Shown: positions 22,527 through 34,644 of the stretch, in pieces
How the letters are laid out: the number at the start of each line of letters is the position of its first letter
How positions within the stretch are numbered: the first letter of the stretch is position 1
Source: Octopus bimaculoides
Taxonomy: Eukaryota
Direction: 5' to 3'
DNA: 36,964 bases
NCBI RefSeq assembly: GCF_001194135.2
Contig: NC_068984.1
Location: forward strand, 1,337,262-1,374,225
The notes under the pieces: generated by a model
The model's input: only the letters and a program-made list of their open reading frames with translations
Database searches by the model: none
Told to the model about the DNA's origin: nothing
Position numbers and translations under genes: made by a program

Positions 22527-24548
22527 CACTGGCCAACAAATTTTAACTTTTTTTCTGCTGATCTAAGTTTGAGACATGTTTTGGGGTCACTGAGTTTAAA
22601 AATGGCATTAGTTTTTTTTTCTATGGGCTGGCCCATATTGGCCCCCACCCATAGCCCCATGTTTGAATTCCCCTGACTCCTTTTGTTATATATGTGGGTG
22701 TCTTACAATACCAAGTCAAAGAATGAAAGTTAGGGACATTGTGAAAAGATCCTTTTTGGCTTACTTAAAGATTACAGTTGGTGATCAGGATAAATCGTGG
22801 GCCCGCACAGTGTATGTAAACCCTATGCCAATGGACAAAGGGCACAAGGAAACCACCAACATTTGGCATTCCTGTGATATGGTGAGAGCCAAAGAACCAT
22901 GGAAACAATTGCTACTTTTGTCTCACAATGACTTCTGGTTATAGCAAGATAACGTGACAGAAAATAAGTTACCCAAATCTGGATTCAGCAATTCATCCAT
23001 TGCTTCACTCCGATGGAATACCAGAACCCGTTTTCAAGGATCTACTCTTACTGCAAGATGAAAGTGCAGATATATGTGAAGTAGATGTAAATCATGAACA
23101 TGACAGTGATTCAGACTTTGTAGAAACATCAACCAAAGAACGTGAAAGCTTCAACCAGGCAGAACTTGATGATTTAGTTAGAGACCTAGGACTGTCAAAA
23201 GAGTTATGGGAACTGTTAACTTCTAGGCTTAAAGAGAAGAATTTGTAACAGAAAGAAACAAACATGACTTTTTATCAGAACAAGGAAAAAGATCTCTTGG
23301 CAACTGGAAAATATTTTGTTTACTGTTGTGACGTGGCAGGACTGTTATACACGAGGTTGTGTTGAACAGTTTGATCCTAGTGAATGCAGACACTTTATAG
23401 AGAGTTCAAAGAAGAGTCTAAAATGTGTATTATTCCAGGATGGAAACTTGTTTGGTGCACTTCCTATCGGTCAGTCTGTACATTTAAAAGAGAATTATGA
23501 TCACATAAAAGTTGTATTAGGTTTACTTAAGTATGATGAACACAAATGGGCCATATGTGTGGATCTCAAAATGGTCAACATTTTACTTGGTTATGGGACA
23601 GCCAAGCAAGAGACAAGCATTGGGAACAGAAACTTTGGCCAGTTAGGAAAAGTTTGACTGTTGGAGAGATGAATATCAAACACCAACCACTTGTTGAGCG
23701 AGAGAAAATCATCTTTTCACCTCATCATATTAAACTAGGATTAATGAAGTAATTTGTCAAAGCTCGTAATGTGGAGAGTAACTGTTTCAAATTCATATGT
23801 ACAACATATTCTGGTCTAAGTTATGATAAAATAACGGCTGGTGGTTTTGATGGGCCACAAATCTGAAAGTTAACAAAATGTCAGGATTTCTCAAGCTTGA
23901 TGGCTGACATAGAAAAAAGAAGATGGGATTCATTTGGGGCTGTTGTGAAAGGGCTGCAAACTACAAGGATTTGGTGGAGACATTAGTTGACAACTTTCAT
24001 CCTTTAGGCTGCAACAGAAGCATAAAGCTTCAATTCTTCAGTAGCCATCTCGATGAATTTCCTGCTAGTCTTGGAGACATGAGCAATGAACTTGGTGAGC
24101 GTTTACATCAAAGAATCAAGATTTTGGAGGAGAGATATCAAGGCCAATGGAACACACACTTGATGGCAGACGACTGTTGGAATATTATTCAAAGAGACTG
24201 TGTAGACATGAAACACTCCAGACACTCTTGCAAGCAGAAATCTGTTCCATGAATATGAAGATATGTGTATAATGGTTTGTGTTTTATCCATCATATTAGA
24301 AAATTAATAGTAAAAGGTGATGCTATCTTATATTTCAGGTTCTATTGACATTTATAACTTATGGTTTGAAGCTATAAGACTTAGTAAACTATCCTGACCA
24401 AATAAATTATTTATACATCATAAAACAGGGGTAAGCTATAGAATGAAAACCTGATGAAAAAATGGATGCCATATTTGAAATCAGCATCTCAAAATTAACC
24501 AAAAAATAACCACAAAACCAAAGTCAGCAAAATGTGTGTTGACCAGTG
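22527..24548 (+). mobile_element. Near full-length decayed Chapaev3-type DNA transposon
   Basis: Termini CACTGG(C/T)CAACA...CCAGTG with flanks TTA/TTG (TWA-type 3-bp TSD, one mismatch). Transposase remnants: PDSFCYICG, GDQDKSWA, FNQAELDDLVRDLGLSKE, FIESSKKSLK, ICVDLK, HIKLGL, SHLDEFP..LG..S.E.GERLHQ, ADDCW. Multiple stops and frameshifts. Confidence 0.8.
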
Positions 24549-24609
24549 TTGTAGAATTATAGCAAAAGTTAACATGTATCTTCCATGCTGGCATGGGCTG
24601 GGCAGTTTG

Positions 24610-26189
24610 AGAGGTGGGGGTGGCAAACCAGTGATTTTTCGTCGGACGAGGAAGAGTTTAATAACGAAAGTGAAGAAAATGAAAGTGATGAAAATGATAG
24701 CGTAAACATGACAACATGGTCAAAAATCGTAACACCGACCACTATTTCTGATTTTACAGAAAACACTGGTCCACAACATAATTTACCTCCTGATGCTCAA
24801 CCATTGGACTATTTTTTTTTATTTCTACCTGAAAGTTTCTTTGAAAATGTTGCAGAGGAAACTAACAAATATGCGCAACATTTAATTACTGTTTGTGGAA
24901 GGAACGATCCACTATGGCAGCCAACAACTACTGCGGAAATGAGAGCATTTTCTGTCTTCTAATGAACAACCTGGTGTTAGTGCTGACGGGAAACCCCTCG
25001 TGAATATTTGTTATAACAAATATATGGGTGGGGTTGATAAATCCGACCAATATCGGGCATATTACCCAGTTGGTCGACCTGGGAAGAAATGGTGGAGGTA
25101 CATTTTGTGGTTTTCAGTGAATTTAACTATTGTAAATTCATATATTGTATATGTAAAAAGCCACAAAGTACCTCCGCCACCAAAAGACTATGACCACTTG
25201 AAATTTTGGATTGACATCGCATCTCCGTTACGTGAGGGCTTTTCTTCTAGAAAGCACAGAACTGGGAGAAAAGCAAAATTATAGCTGAGGTGGATGTGAA
25301 CAGAGAAAATATTGACTTTCATAAAGTGGAAAAAATAAATGGGAGAAAAAAAAAAAGTTTGCAGACTGTGTTTGCTGCAAAAAAGAAAAAAACTGCAAAA
25401 GGGGTATCAGATTGAGACTTCATATATGTGTTCCTTTTGCAAAGTGCCCCTGTGTAAAGGGTGCTTTGGGCAGTTTCATGACAGAAATATGTCGTAACTA
25501 TATTATTTTGTAAGTATGTTATTTGATATATTCCTTTTCATTTTATTATAAATATGTGAAAGTGAGAACTACATATTAATTTTCAGTATGTTACACACCT
25601 GTATTTACCTTTGTCTCACCTGTTAATGAGATTTTTTTTATTAGATGCATTCTGTTACGTAAATGAATTCGTTAAATTGTATATAAGAGTACATAGCCAA
25701 TGGTATATTGACTAGTAAAAGAGTTTTGTACTTTATTTTCAATGAAAACGTTTGAATGAAATATATAGAAAAAGAGTAAAATCTTGTACCGATTACACCT
25801 GTATTTTAATTCAAATTAATGTACCTCATCTTGAAAAATGTAAAATTGTTTGTGGTTGACATCTGGGATAATTTTAGTAACAAATCAAACAGGTAAGATG
25901 TATTAAGAATATGAATTTTAGTGTTTATTCATAATGTTATTGTTTTTACACCTGTTAATTAAATTTACCTGCCTATAAAAGTCAAATTTAGTCAGAAAGA
26001 TCAGCTAAAATTACGTAATTATAAATCACTGGCATATAAGCACCCATTTGCAAAATTTCAAATCTGTATGTGGAAAATTAACAAAGTTACAAGCAAATAT
26101 TGTGGACAGCCCACTTGAACCTGAATAAACCAAAATTAATGTGAACAGATAAGCATTGCATTTGACAAACTAATCTGAACACTAAAGGG
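24610..26189 (+). mobile_element. Internally deleted piggyBac (PGBD-type) element; right end intact, left end not found
   Basis: An acidic N-terminus and PLDYFFLFLPE..FENVAEETNKYA are joined almost directly to YNKYMGGVDKSDQ...KKWWR and a C-terminal Cys-rich remnant. Ends AAAGGG|TTAA at 26189-26193. Confidence 0.85.
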
Positions 26190-26202
26190 TTAATGAATTC
26201 AG

Positions 26203-26238
26203 TTAACTGCCATTTTCTTCGGCTAATTCATCTTCCAG
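26203..26238 (-). CDS. Probable terminal coding exon of the death-domain gene (LEDELAEENGS*)
   Basis: tttttttttgcag| acceptor, phase 0 matching the upstream donor. It would complete the last helix and ends in TAA. Confidence 0.55.
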   Translation of the reverse strand: MEDELAEENGS

Positions 26239-27169
26239 CTGCAAAAAAAAATAAGTAAATAATTAAAACATGGATTATAATATGGAGTCCGTCATTCATT
26301 CATCATCATCAGCAGCAGCAGCACCACCGCCACCGTCATCACCATCATCATCATCATTACCAACATCACCACCCATCACTTAACTAACTGAACCTTTTAA
26401 TAGCACAACACATTGTTTATGTAATTAACAAGTTCACTTCACAGCCACGAGGTATTGGGTTCAATCCCATGGTTTGGCAATTTTGGTGAGTATCTTCTTT
26501 TATAACCCTGGAGAAACAAATGCCATGCGAGGAGAATTGGTTGACAGAAACTGCATGAAGCTCAATGTATGTGAATGTGGGCACAAAGTGCATATATGCA
26601 CGTATTCTACGCTGTTACTGCTCATGTGAAGCAGAGCATGGCTGTTGTGTGTGAGTGTGTGCCTTGCCTTGACATCACAAGATGTAAACAGACCTCCCTG
26701 TCATACAACCGAATGTGACTCATTTCCAGCTTTGCATGGAGAATATGTCCTTCCAAGAGGAAATATTATCTCATTTGGAAACAGGTAAGCATTGCAGCCA
26801 AGAAAGGCACTGAACCATACAAATATAGTTCTATACTTTTTTACCAAAAAATTATTTTTAAAGAAAAAAGTGAAAATCATTAGTACAAGTTTTATAATTA
26901 AAATATCATTCATTTATGATGAGTAACAAATAAAGTTAAGCTTATCAGTTATCAATTTATTATCAAAATATTGACAATTCCTAATGAAAATGGGGCAAAT
27001 TTTTTAAAATTTTAAATAAATACAATTACAGTTTTATTTTTTTAAATAATATTTATCAATGTTTTCCTTTCATTATCATTTTTTTTATTCTTATCATTGT
27101 CTTTTTTGAAATGTAAAATTAAAATTTTTTTTTGTTTTCCAAGTTTTTGAAATGTAAAATTTAGAATAC

Positions 27170-27882
27170 AGGAAATGGTGCTAATTACGTGCCACTAGCA
27201 CGGAAACCAGTCAGCTGCTCTGACAATGATCACACTCGTATGGTGCTCTTGCACTCCACTAGCACGGATGCCAGTCATCGAATTTGATTTCGATTTCACT
27301 TGCCTCAACAGGTTTTCGCAAGCAGAGTTTAGTGTCAAACGAAGGAAAGGTACACATAAGTGGGCTGGTTACACCCCTGGCATAGGCCACATGTTATGGT
27401 CTCACTTGGCTTGCTGAGTCTTCTCACGCACAGTATATTTCCAAAGGTCTCAGCCACTAGTCATTACCTCAGTGATGTTTGAAGGTCATGCTTCACCATC
27501 TCATCCCAGGTCTTCCTGGGTCTACCTCTTCCACAGGTTCCCTCAACTGCTAGGGTGTGGCACTTTTTCACACAGCTATCCTCGTCCATTCTCGCCACGT
27601 NNNNNNNNNNGTGTGGCACTTTTTCACACAGCTATCCTCGTCCATTCTCGCCACGTGTCCATACCAGTGCAATCGTCTCTCTTGCACACCACATCTGATG
27701 CTTCTTAGGTCCAACTTTTCTCTCAAGGTAATTACATCCTGTCTAGAATGCACACTGACATTACACATCCATCGGAACATACTGGCTTCATTCCTTTTGA
27801 GCTTACGCATGTCCTCAGCAGTCATGGCCCAAGTTTTACTGCCATGTAGCATGGCTGTTCATACACATGCGTCATACAGGCT
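27170..27882 (-). mobile_element. 3' end of an RTE LINE (ORF2 C-terminus plus 3' UTR)
   Basis: LHGSKTWAMTAED...RRLHWYGHVARMDEDSCVKKC, followed by a repetitive 3' UTR. Confidence 0.88.
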
Positions 27883-28024
27883 NNNNNNNNNNCTTTCAGA
27901 GCACCCACCCCGGCTACTGACTTGGTCACCTAGGTAACAGAAGCCATCAACTACTTCTAGTTTTTCTCCCTGGCTTATAGATCTAATATTTTTCTATCCT
28001 TCCTTAATAGTTTCCTACTTCAGT

Positions 28025-28810
28025 ATGGACACTGATATATATCGACAAGAAGAGGGTTTAGCTATGGGTTCACCATTATCACCAGTAATAGCCAATATAT
28101 ACATGGAATACTTTGAGAATTTGGCTTTAGGATCAAAACCACTAAAACCAACACTATGGCTACGATATGTTGATGACAACCTTTATACTCTGGCCCCACC
28201 AGGAAGATGTCCAAGTACTCTTAGATCATGTGAACTCAATAAAGCCATCCATACAGTTCACAATGGAACTGGTAAAAGACAATCAGCTGGCATTCCTGGA
28301 CATGTTAATAACAGGCACCAAGTATGGATTCAGGACATACGTATACTGCAAGCCGACCTTCACTGGACGATACCTTAACTTCAATTCCCACCATCCATAC
28401 AGTGTAAAGAGAGGGATTGCTCAGTGCTTAAAACATTGAGCAATGAATATAAGTAGCGATCGTGATGCACACCACGAAGAAATAATCAAGCTCAGTAACA
28501 ATCTATTAAGCAACGACTACCCCCAAAAACATACTATCAACTCACATTATGAAGAAAAGAGAAGATGAAACCAGTAAACGATCCACAGTCTGTCTACCCT
28601 ATGTGAAAGGCCTCTCCAAAAAGATACAAAAGATATGTGGCCCATATGACATCAGGACAGTAGTCAAGAGTAATACAACACTTCACAAATATCTCCTTCG
28701 AGTAAAACCAACAATAGAAGAGAATATGACCAAAGACTGCGTGTACTCCATCCCATGCAGCTGTGGTAGGTTATACAAAGGTGAAACATGTCACCCCCTC
28801 AAAATTAAGT
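28025..28810 (+). mobile_element. Penelope-like element fragment (RT plus GIY-YIG endonuclease), frameshifted
   Basis: EGLAMGSPLSPVIANIYME, WLRYVDD, FTME, LAFLD, VYCKPTFTGRYLNFNSHHP, LPYVKGLS and CVYSIPCSCGRLYKGET. Confidence 0.93.
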
Positions 28811-29037
28811 GATAAAACTTTTAGGTCCAAACCAGAAGTGGAATCAGCTTTCAAAGATTTCTTAGCATCAAAGCCAATTAGTTTTTATTAACGAAGCATA
28901 AATAATCTCATTGATTGATGGCAGAGATGCACAGATGTTCACTGCTCATACTTTGACTAATCAAAACATTTTTATTGTTAATTTTTCCAGAATAAAATTA
29001 TGTTTCTGAAATCGGCCATTAATTTCGGAATAACCTA
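28811..29037 (+). mobile_element. Mariner 3' end (transposase C-terminus plus right TIR), running into an N gap
   Basis: TFRSKPEVESAFKDFLASKPISFY*RSINNLID*WQRC, then AAATCGGCCATTAATTTCGGAATAACCTA, similar to the TIR at 2297. Confidence 0.8.
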
Positions 29038-29399
29038 NNNNNNNNNNNNNNNNNNNNNNNNNNNNNNNNNNNNNNNNNNNNNNNNNNNNNNNNNNNNNNN
29101 NNNNNNNNNNNNNNNNNNNNNNNNNNNNNNNNNNNNNNNNNNNNNNNNNNNNNNNNNNNNNNNNNNNNNNNNNNNNNNNNNNNNNNNNNNNNNNNNNNNN
29201 NNNNNNNNNNNNNNNNNNNNNNNNNNNNNNNNNNNNNNNNNNNNNNNNNNNNNNNNNNNNNNNNNNNNNNNNNNNNNNNNNNNNNNNNNNNNNNNNNNNN
29301 NNNNNNNNNNNNNNNNNNNNNNNNNNNNNNNNNNNNNNNNNNNNNNNNNNNNNNNNNNNNNNNNNNNNNNNNNNNNNNNNNNNNNNNNNNNNNNNNNNN
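29038..29399. other. Assembly gap (N run); smaller gaps near 11540, 12970-12995, 27601-27610 and 27883-27892
   Basis: Runs of n in the sequence. Confidence 1.
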
Positions 29400-29740
29400 A
29401 ATGGGTGTGAAGCCCTCAACCGAGAGAGTTGCTCGAGGAAGGACTTACGCCCAGCGAAACTCTTCTTCTTTTTCTCACACAACCTGCAAGATTCTGGAGT
29501 GAATGGCCAAAAACTTTCTTGATCTCATTACCCCTAACATTTGGCCTCTTAGCTCTCCTCATTTAAGTCCCCATGGACTTCTACATCAGGGACACCGTTG
29601 AGAGGGAGACCAACAAGCATGCCCACAATAGCAAGGTCCCTTATTAATGTCTACCATAAGGTACATTATGGCTAACTGGAATAAAGATCACCTGATCAAC
29701 ACTGTATGGGGGCAGTAATCAAGGTTGGTGGCAGTTTACT
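29400..29740 (+). mobile_element. Tc1/mariner (maT-like) transposase C-terminal remnant
   Basis: NIWPLSSPHL.PMDFY...VERETNKHAHNS...AVIKVGG resembles the WPPSSPDLNPLDY C-terminal region. Confidence 0.65.
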
Positions 29741-29968
29741 GAATAACCTTTTTGCTATATGCATAGAAGATAATATGTGAACCAAATACATTTCATCAAC
29801 GTCACGGGGATGAAAAGCCAAGCTTAGTACAGCAACATTTCCAATAATGAAAATAGCAAACCAGAAACTACAAACTGCGAGCTATGTTACAGTTATCTCC
29901 CTTGATTTCAGATTATTTCTCAACAAAGGAAAAAAATACATTGCAAATATTTCCCCAAAGTGTCTTAC

Positions 29969-30213
29969 CGTTTGAACAATATAATTAAAGTTGCTATCCT
30001 TTAAAATTTTATATAATCGTTCTTTTAAATCACAAGGTTTACGTTGCATCCATAGTTGCAGGCATTCATCTAAACGTTTTTGAAAAGAACCGCCATTACA
30101 GTTTTCAGTATCTCGGGTAGAAATGTCAAGATTAGAAATAAGTAAATCGCAATCACGTTGTGTATATACCGAGTCTCGAACCACCATAATCCATATTGAG
30201 CCGTCAAACAAAC
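29969..30213 (-). CDS. Internal exon encoding a probable death domain (GLFDGSIWIMVVRDSVYTQRDCDLLISNLDISTRDTENCNGGSFQKRLDECLQLWMQRKPCDLKERLYKILKDSNFNYIVQT)
   Basis: ttttaattgtag| acceptor and ACG|gtaaga donor, 245 nt open (phase 1 to phase 0). The LLISNLDIS-xx-D-x-E, LDECLQLWMQR and ERLYKILKD segments follow the death-domain helix pattern. Confidence 0.68.
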
Positions 30214-30464
30214 CTACAATTAAAATAAGTAAACCACCTTCAGCTTATATTATTAAGTGTCACACTGACCATCACATTATAAACGATTCAGAAATAACAA
30301 TGACATACAAAGCCTCGTCACTGATTTAACATTACCTCCCTAAGAGACACATCCCAACCTCTGACATACTGTCTCCTCTATCTTTTCTATCACTACCATA
30401 ATGGTCCCTGCTTCTCAGAGCTGGTTTGTCTTGTACCTCCATCCTTATAAACCCCTGTCCTACT

Positions 30465-31477
30465 TGTAGCGAAGTTTCTCTCTCTCTCTCAGTTATATAT
30501 ATGTGAATGCGGACGTAGCAGATAATAGCTAGCCTTCGGCCACATCTTTGGACCCTGTTGTGTCCACCACTCTGATTGGTTGGTATTGGCGCATTTTTGT
30601 ATCTTGTTCTATTTTGCGCCAGGGTGCAAACCAACCAATCACAGCCTTCTGATAAGGTCACGTAGAACAGTTTTCTGAACCCCTGATTTAGCCGATTATT
30701 TCTTATAAATAGCTAGCTTGTCTGCGCTAAAGTTTGTCATGACTTTAGACCTTCTGAGGTCTAGCCGCTGACCACAGAGCACCAGCCAGTTCCAGCGACG
30801 ACATGACTCCACTCCACTGGAGAACCAACACCACTGTTCATCTGTTTACTACAAGCTTCTTCGTCGCCAGTGTCTACACCGATGTCTCAACGTACACACC
30901 AATCCAGCAACGCTAACATAACTTTCTCCACGCTGTTTGTGTGAAATGCTTCACCAAGGTTAACAGCCAGAATTCAACCTGCGACAAACTCCTGTACCAA
31001 GTAACTGGCAACAGCATTGAAGCCTCAACTTTTTACACGACATGTGTCTTTCTTCGGCTCTGCCTTCAACGCCACAACTTCTTGGTACAGCACTTCAACT
31101 ACTGTGTACCTTAGCTACGAACTGGTATTTCACATCCTTGTGTCTGAACTTTTAATGTCCTTATATAGACTGTTTTCCTATGCTCTGTATCTCTTGCATT
31201 CACATACACATATTTGTATACACACACACTTTGTTTACACGACGGCCTGTCTTATAGTGTTTTATGTCACACTCACTCACACACAGACATTCTAGTTGAC
31301 TTCCAATAAAACCTTATTTTTATACATTTTTTACCGGTTGAGTCTCTCTCTTTTCTTGTTGGCACTTAACTCATTTTTACCTCATTCCATCTTTTGTTTT
31401 ATATATTTGTGCTGACCGTGCGATGCGCTAAAAGAGCCATTCCTTCGTCACCATCTCCTGGTTGCACGGTCGCTACA
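30465..31477 (+). mobile_element. Solo LTR (1013 bp) of an LTR retrotransposon
   Basis: TG...CA ends with an 8-bp terminal IR TGTAGCGA/TCGCTACA, CCAAT boxes (30575-30589, 30635), TATAAATA (30704), AATAAA (31305) and a near-TSD TACT/TTCT. Confidence 0.8.
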
Positions 31478-32163
31478 TTCTCATCAATTCATGTTTCAGC
31501 ATTCTGGATGCATCTGTAGTGGTTAGATGTGCATCATGGTAAACAGATGCAAAAGGAATGGGTATGCCTTTGAAGTAAACAAATGAGTGAATCAATTCAT
31601 AATTAACAATAATTTATTCACTGGACTTAATTTGTCATTGGTACACATAATTCTTCACTACATGCAAAATGTTGACAACTGCTACGAGTTGCTAGAAATA
31701 GAAATGGTACATCTGTGGAAATGATATGTCAGAAATGAATATATGTTTGTGTGTGTGTGTGTGTGTACGTAGTTCATCTGAGACAGTAGTCTACATTGGA
31801 ACTTTGAACATTGCTCTGGTCTCTGCGGTCGCCAAAACCTGTTGTGTCGTAGACCTTCCTCATTTGCTTGCTAGGCCCTTCTCCTTATCCTTGTCTGTCT
31901 ATTGACCACCATATTTTATAATAATCATGGCAGCTAGAAGGACAGACATACTGCAGAAAATTCTAACTGGGCCCCACCTGCAAGGTCATGCACTGTTTAT
32001 CTTGATATGAGATCGCTATGTCGCACATATATGGTTGTGATGCATGTGCCTGGTGTACCCTTATCAGACGGGTAGTCATGATGGGTATAATGGGCTTCGT
32101 ATATTTTACCCGAGTGTCACTTTGATGGCATGCGCTGCTCCCTCGCTCAATAACAACAACAAC

Positions 32164-32200
<37 letters not shown>

Positions 32201-33658
32201 GGATAATCACTAACTAGAGACAGGGAGTATGGTAGGGTACAGGGAAAGGAAAGAGGATTAGTGTCAGGGGTTATTAAGAAAAAGGGAACTGAGTGATGGG
32301 ATAGGTCTATGGCTAACCTACATTAGAACAGGGAGTATGGACAAAAGGTGCAAGGGAAAGGGGACAGGAAGGAAGAAATAGAATTAGGTGGAGAGAAATC
32401 CTGAGTCCTTAAAAGAGGGTTTGTGGAAGAGAAAGATGAGAAAGGGTGTTGAGGAGGGAGAGGGGAGAGAGAGAGAAAGGTAGGAGGGTATTGTAGAGGT
32501 GTAAGGGAAGTATTGAGATAAAGGTATAAGGTAGAAGTAACCGGAGTACAAAATAACGATTCTAGCTGTGTCCAAATGAGTCAATTTATGTACATTTTTC
32601 ATTCACTAGTCAACAAACAAGGAAGCCCACATTTCCAAAACAAATTTTCTATCTTGAGGGCATCAGCTAAAAGTTTCACTTTTTGAATTTAAGAAGGCAT
32701 CTGGAATAAGTGAATGTTTTTAGGATCTTTGCTTTCTTGGCCAAGCAAAACCTGCATCATCTGCTTTCATTGAAGTATGACCCAAGGACTTCCATTTAAT
32801 TGTATATGCCATCTATATTTGGAAGATGCCATTATAGTGCCTCTCTGGAATCCTAAAAGAAGACCTGTGATTATTTAATCTAATCTTAAAGGGACCCTCC
32901 GTGGCTCCAGCATATTTTCATATACGTGTCCCTACGTTGTTGGTTATCTGCTTACATTGCATACATACAGACATGCCAGGCATGTCTGTATTGAGATGCC
33001 TGGCACCTTGCTGTGCTCAAGAAGACCTGTACTCCACAACAAAAGCATGAAGACCAGTTCCTCTGGTGGTGTAAAGCCCTTGTGGCGGTGCCACATAAAA
33101 TTGCCAAGTGTGGTTCCACATAAAAGTGCCATCTAAAAGCACCTGTGTAGTGCCACGTAAAAGTGCCCATGTGGTGTCATGTAAAAGCACCCAGTGCCAC
33201 ACTCTGTAAAGTTGTTGGCATATTAGGAAGGGCATCCAGTAATAGGAACTGTGCCAAATCAGAGTGGAGCCTGGTGCAGCTCCCCAGCTCTGGTCAAACT
33301 GTCCAACCCATGCCAGCATAGACAACAGACATTAAATGATGATGATAAGTGTGTGTGTGTGTGAGCATATATGAATGTGTGTCAAAAGGATGGATGAATC
33401 TAGAGTGGGTTCACCAACTCTCTAGCAATAGCACAGGCCCTCAGAAATTCTGGGTTGGAGTGCAGCATGCTGGAAGACCACTTGGAGTGAGGCATCCCTT
33501 AGCTTTGAGTAAAACATGTCGCAAGGAGAAAGTCACTCTGATATAAAACCAGATGTGCAAAGAACGGCATTGGACATTTTAGGGATCTTTTGCTTGAACT
33601 GGAGATCATGGCACGCCCACATTCCTGAGCTTGAGACCCATATTGGCATTGGATGTCT

Positions 33659-34093
33659 TGCTCTGGCTTGTCTTTGGATTATATCAGCAGAGTGGAGAGG
33701 GTCTTTGTGTACAATCCTTATTGGACCTAACATTTTAGGTTTTGCGATCACCAACAAGGTGACTTTACGATGCATAGTTGAGTAGGAAGGAGCTGTAACA
33801 AGCATGGAAACTGTGAATGTGAACTCAGGTGAACTGACCTCAATAACTTCATGCATGGACATTGTTTTCATTTTACTTGGTAATGGTCAGTGATGGTCTT
33901 CTTAATCACAAGTGGCCATCCACCATCATCATCATCATTTAAGCACTGTAGTAGATTCAAAACCAAATTGATAACTATGCATCGTAAAGTCACCTTGCTG
34001 GTGATCGCAAAACCTAAAATGTTAGGTCCAATAAGGACTGTACACACAGACCCTCTCCACTCTACTGATATAATCCAAAGACAAACCAGAGCA
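33659..34093. repeat. 121-bp inverted repeat pair (33659-33779 and 33973-34093) with a spacer of about 190 bp
   Basis: The arms are reverse-complementary with about 5 mismatches by manual comparison. Confidence 0.92.
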
Positions 34094-34644
34094 CAAACAA
34101 CTAAACCACTGTCATTTCAGAAGATAGGACATTGCATAATTTGACTTTCTAGAGCTTTTTCATTGAGCACTATACAAAGGTGGTTTTTTGCAGTAACTCC
34201 AGAATGCTGAAGCAGCTACTATAAATCTCCATTTTCATGGCAATTTAGAAGACAAATGAATAGAATTATTTTCTGGTTGTGGTGAGCCAGGTTGCTATGT
34301 ACCAGTTGGATTGTCTTAGATCCTAGTAGTAAGTCTTTCACGGTGTGTATAAACTGTTGCTTTTATTTTTCATCCAAAGACCAACACACAAGACACTATC
34401 TGCAGTAAATAAAGCTTCTCTTAATTCTTTGTGAGTGTTGTTAATCATTTTCACTCGCAGTCCTAAAAAGACATTTTCATTGTGCCCCAAACGACACCCT
34501 CAAAACAACATTATCCTTGTGGCATCTGACCAGGAGTGGCTGTCTCTTCTGTAACAGAACACATCACCAGGTACTACAAACAGCATTTGATATAATACCA
34601 ATTATTACCAACCATTAACAATAGCATGTTTGCCTTTCACTTAC

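Noticed and set aside
27555-27656. 46-bp direct duplication in the RTE fragment
   Set aside because: The two identical copies sit exactly on either side of a 10-N gap, which indicates overlapping contig ends (assembly artefact).
28961-29482. Long ORFs of 173 and 136 aa
   Set aside because: They are mostly X residues read through an N gap.
33533-33871. 112-aa minus-strand ORF as an exon of the death-domain gene
   Set aside because: It has no convincing splice sites or domain motif, and it overlaps the inverted duplication, which explains the twin ORF at 33890-34144.
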